Assembly (NCBI GenBank): GCA_040954595.2
Contig: CM082583.2
Span: 12,438,987-12,502,986 of the forward strand
DNA length: 64,000 bases
Reading direction: 5' to 3'
From: Balanoglossus misakiensis
Taxonomy: Eukaryota; Animalia; Hemichordata
Of the stretch, positions 61,801-64,000 are shown in pieces. Both the position numbers and the translations under genes were made by a program. The notes under the pieces were generated by a model. It saw nothing but the letters and a program-made list of their open reading frames with translations. It did not search any database and was not told the origin of the DNA. The first letter of the stretch is position 1. Every line of letters begins with the position of its first letter.

Positions 61801-64000
61801 CTACATGCAAGGGTTCAGGCACTGATGGACAGATGGTTGAAATTTGTCGTTTTCTTTGCAGAATTCACTGAAGTCGGAAAACAACGCACTTACAGCAAAC
61901 CAACCAACTCAAAACAACATGGCCGACGACACTGTGTCCCTGAATGACTATGAACAGCTGAAAGAAACCACTTCGCTTGAAATTGCCGACCTGCAAGACG
62001 AGGTCAAAAAACTGCAAGAAGCGCTGAACGATGCCGAACAGAGGAACGTGGTCTCCATGGATGACTATGAGGAATTGAAAGTCTCCAATGAAGTGGAAGT
62101 GGAGAACTTGCAGATCCAAGTTGGGAAATTGACGGAGGAAGTAGAGGATCTGAATTTCAGGGTAGGAGTGGTAGACTTTTTTTCATTTGTGAGACATAAT
62201 ACTGGCTTCTAACTGATAAATCAACTTGTGTTGCCATTCTTTTTTTCAGCTGTCGGAAGTGATGGAAGAGAATGCCAACCTGATGGACACCATCAGCGAA
62301 CAGAGTGAAACGGGAATTCAAAAACAGCTGCTGCAGACTCTGGAAGTGAATAAACAGCTGCAAGAGACAAACAAACATCAGGCCAAGCAGCTGCAGACGA
62401 TGGAGTTCGACCTGGACAAGTACGTGAAACTTCACCAAGAGCTGTCAGAGGCCAACGAGCAGCTGCAGAAAGAGCGGGAAAATATGGCGGGAATTCTGCA
62501 GGAACAGGACGAGGAACTTCACCTCAAGGAGGAGCAGTACCAGATTCTGTCGCACGAGACGGAGAACATCGAGAAGAATCTGCACGAGCAGATGCTGGTC
62601 GCCGAGGAGATGCGGCGGAAGTTGGAGGAGAGCGAAGAGAAGAGAGGCGATCTGGAGAAGCGGATGGTGATCGCCGTGGAGACGCAGGGGAAACTGGAGG
62701 AGGCTGAGCAGCAGAAAAACGATCTGCAACAGCAGGTGCTGGTCGCCGAGGAGATGCGACGCAAACTGGAGGAGAACGAACGGCAGAGGAAAAATCTGCA
62801 GGACAACCTGGAGAAACAGACGTCGTTCTTCACAGAGCAACTGAAGAGGGAGGGTGAAAAGTACGACGAACTCCTGCAGCAGAAGCAGGATCTAGAGGAC
62901 AGTCTCCAGAAAGCCGAGAATCAAGACAAGGATCTTAGCAGCGATCTCAGAGCGGAGAATGCAAAGCTGCACGAAAAACTGCGCAAACAGACACTGGTTT
63001 TATCTCACAGGGAAAACGATATCAAGAGACTAGGGGAGTTACAGAGAGAGAATGAGCTGCTCAGGGAGAGTCTACAAGAGCAGATGCAAACCGCGTCACA
63101 AAGGGACAGTGAAGTGGAGGTAAAGGCTGAAGACTTGCAAAGAAAAAATGCAGCATTACAAGAAACTGTGAAACAACAAGCAATAGCACTGACCAGGCTA
63201 GAAGGTGTGATCCAAACAATGGAAAAAGTGGACAAGGAAAATGAGGAATTGAAACATACTGTGCAAAAACAGACTCTTGCTTTGGCGGAGAAGGAAAGTG
63301 GGGCCAGGAATCTTGAGGATGTTCAGAGAGAGAATGCAGAGTTGAAAGATTGTGTGGAAAAACAGGCGCTGGCGATGTCCCAGCTGGAAAACGGGATCCA
63401 GGACTTGGAAAGACTAAGCGAGGAGAACGATAAATTGAAGGACATGGTACAGAAACAGACAGTTGCATTGACGCAGAAGGAAAGCGAGGGGCAGCATGCA
63501 GAGGACTTGAACAAGGAGATCGCCAAACTGCAGGACACCGTTCAGAAGCAAAGAGTTGCTCTGCAGGAGAGCAGCAAACACGAGAGGAGAATCAAGGAAC
63601 TGTCGCATGAGAAGAAGAAACTGCAGAAGACAGTCAAGCAGCAGTCAGAGTTCATGGCCGCCACTGAAGACAACATCAAGAGGTTCGAAGGTCTCCTGGC
63701 CGAGAACACCAAGCTGCAGGAGAGGATCCAGAAGTCAGAGGAGAATGCGGTGCAGCTGACCGCACTGAGACAGCGACACCTGCAGCTGCAAACCGAGAAC
63801 CAGGACCTGAAGGAGACTGTTCAGAGACTGACCACAGAGCGACGGACGCAGCCCAACGGTGTCCCACCAGCCATGGCCAGCACGCCCACCCAGAGCAAGT
63901 CACTGGAGGAACTGAGCGCTGAAAACCGCAAGCTGAAGGAAATCACCCGCAAGCAGGCAAAGCTGCTGCAGCAGGAAGGGACCAGGCAGACCTCGCAGTC
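55806..64000 (+). CDS. Ankyrin-repeat and long coiled-coil protein of the RAI14/UACA/ANKRD24/ANKRD35 family (3' end outside window)
   Basis: MFKKKKTHKKHKE / AYDWNKHDDKLLHAVEAGDVNKLQAILGKKGTSPSKLDPEGKSP / LHVAAKLGRLDCL / GRTALHCA / NGKTPLCLAAQMGH / TPLMYACEHG, matching the RAI14/UACA N-terminus. An acidic linker and coiled coil follow, with one open exon from ~62250 to the window end. Probable non-coding first exons lie near 52040-52102 and ~52378, divergent from RPL17. Confidence 0.88.
58452..59254. mobile_element. Non-autonomous PIF/Harbinger-type DNA transposon in an intron of the RAI14-like gene
   Basis: TIRs of over 40 bp (GGCTGCATTCACAAACACCTCTGGAGGGGGGG...CCCCCCCTCCAGAGGTGTTTGTGAATGCAGCC), TTA duplicated on both sides (58449-58451, 59255-59257), and subterminal TTTTCAAATCCCCCCC repeats. 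Confidence 0.9.

Noticed and set aside
62445-63903. Long minus-strand ORFs rich in Leu/Phe/Ser
   Set aside because: Antisense shadows of the Glu/Gln/Lys-rich coiled-coil exon.

Overview
Intron-rich animal genomic DNA, probably from a marine invertebrate bilaterian (inferred, not identified). Bases 1-14500 hold no recognisable coding exon; they are CpG-rich and contain promoter-like motifs, MITEs and a (TATC)n microsatellite. Bases 15185-64000 are a compact, CpG-poor housekeeping cluster built mostly from head-to-head pairs: RGP1(-)/GBA2(+), FKBP8(-)/PGGT1B(+), ENSA-ARPP19(-)/PIGO(+), NGRN(-)/DCP2(+), then NMRK1(-), RPL17(-) and an RAI14/UACA-like ankyrin coiled-coil gene (+, truncated by the window). 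The main points of interest are: a complete 10-exon secreted mosaic-protein gene (PAN-EGF-3xTSP1-2xCCP-C-type lectin) nested antisense in GBA2 intron 2; a U12 AT-AC intron in DCP2; an FKBP8 N-terminus with an 8-aa repeat and no canonical LIR; 24-aa and 31-aa coiled-coil repeats in the RAI14-like gene; several hairpin MITEs; and apparent deep synteny with vertebrates. All calls come from manual translation and splice-site reading compared with remembered orthologues. No searches were run, and exon coordinates marked ~ are approximate.
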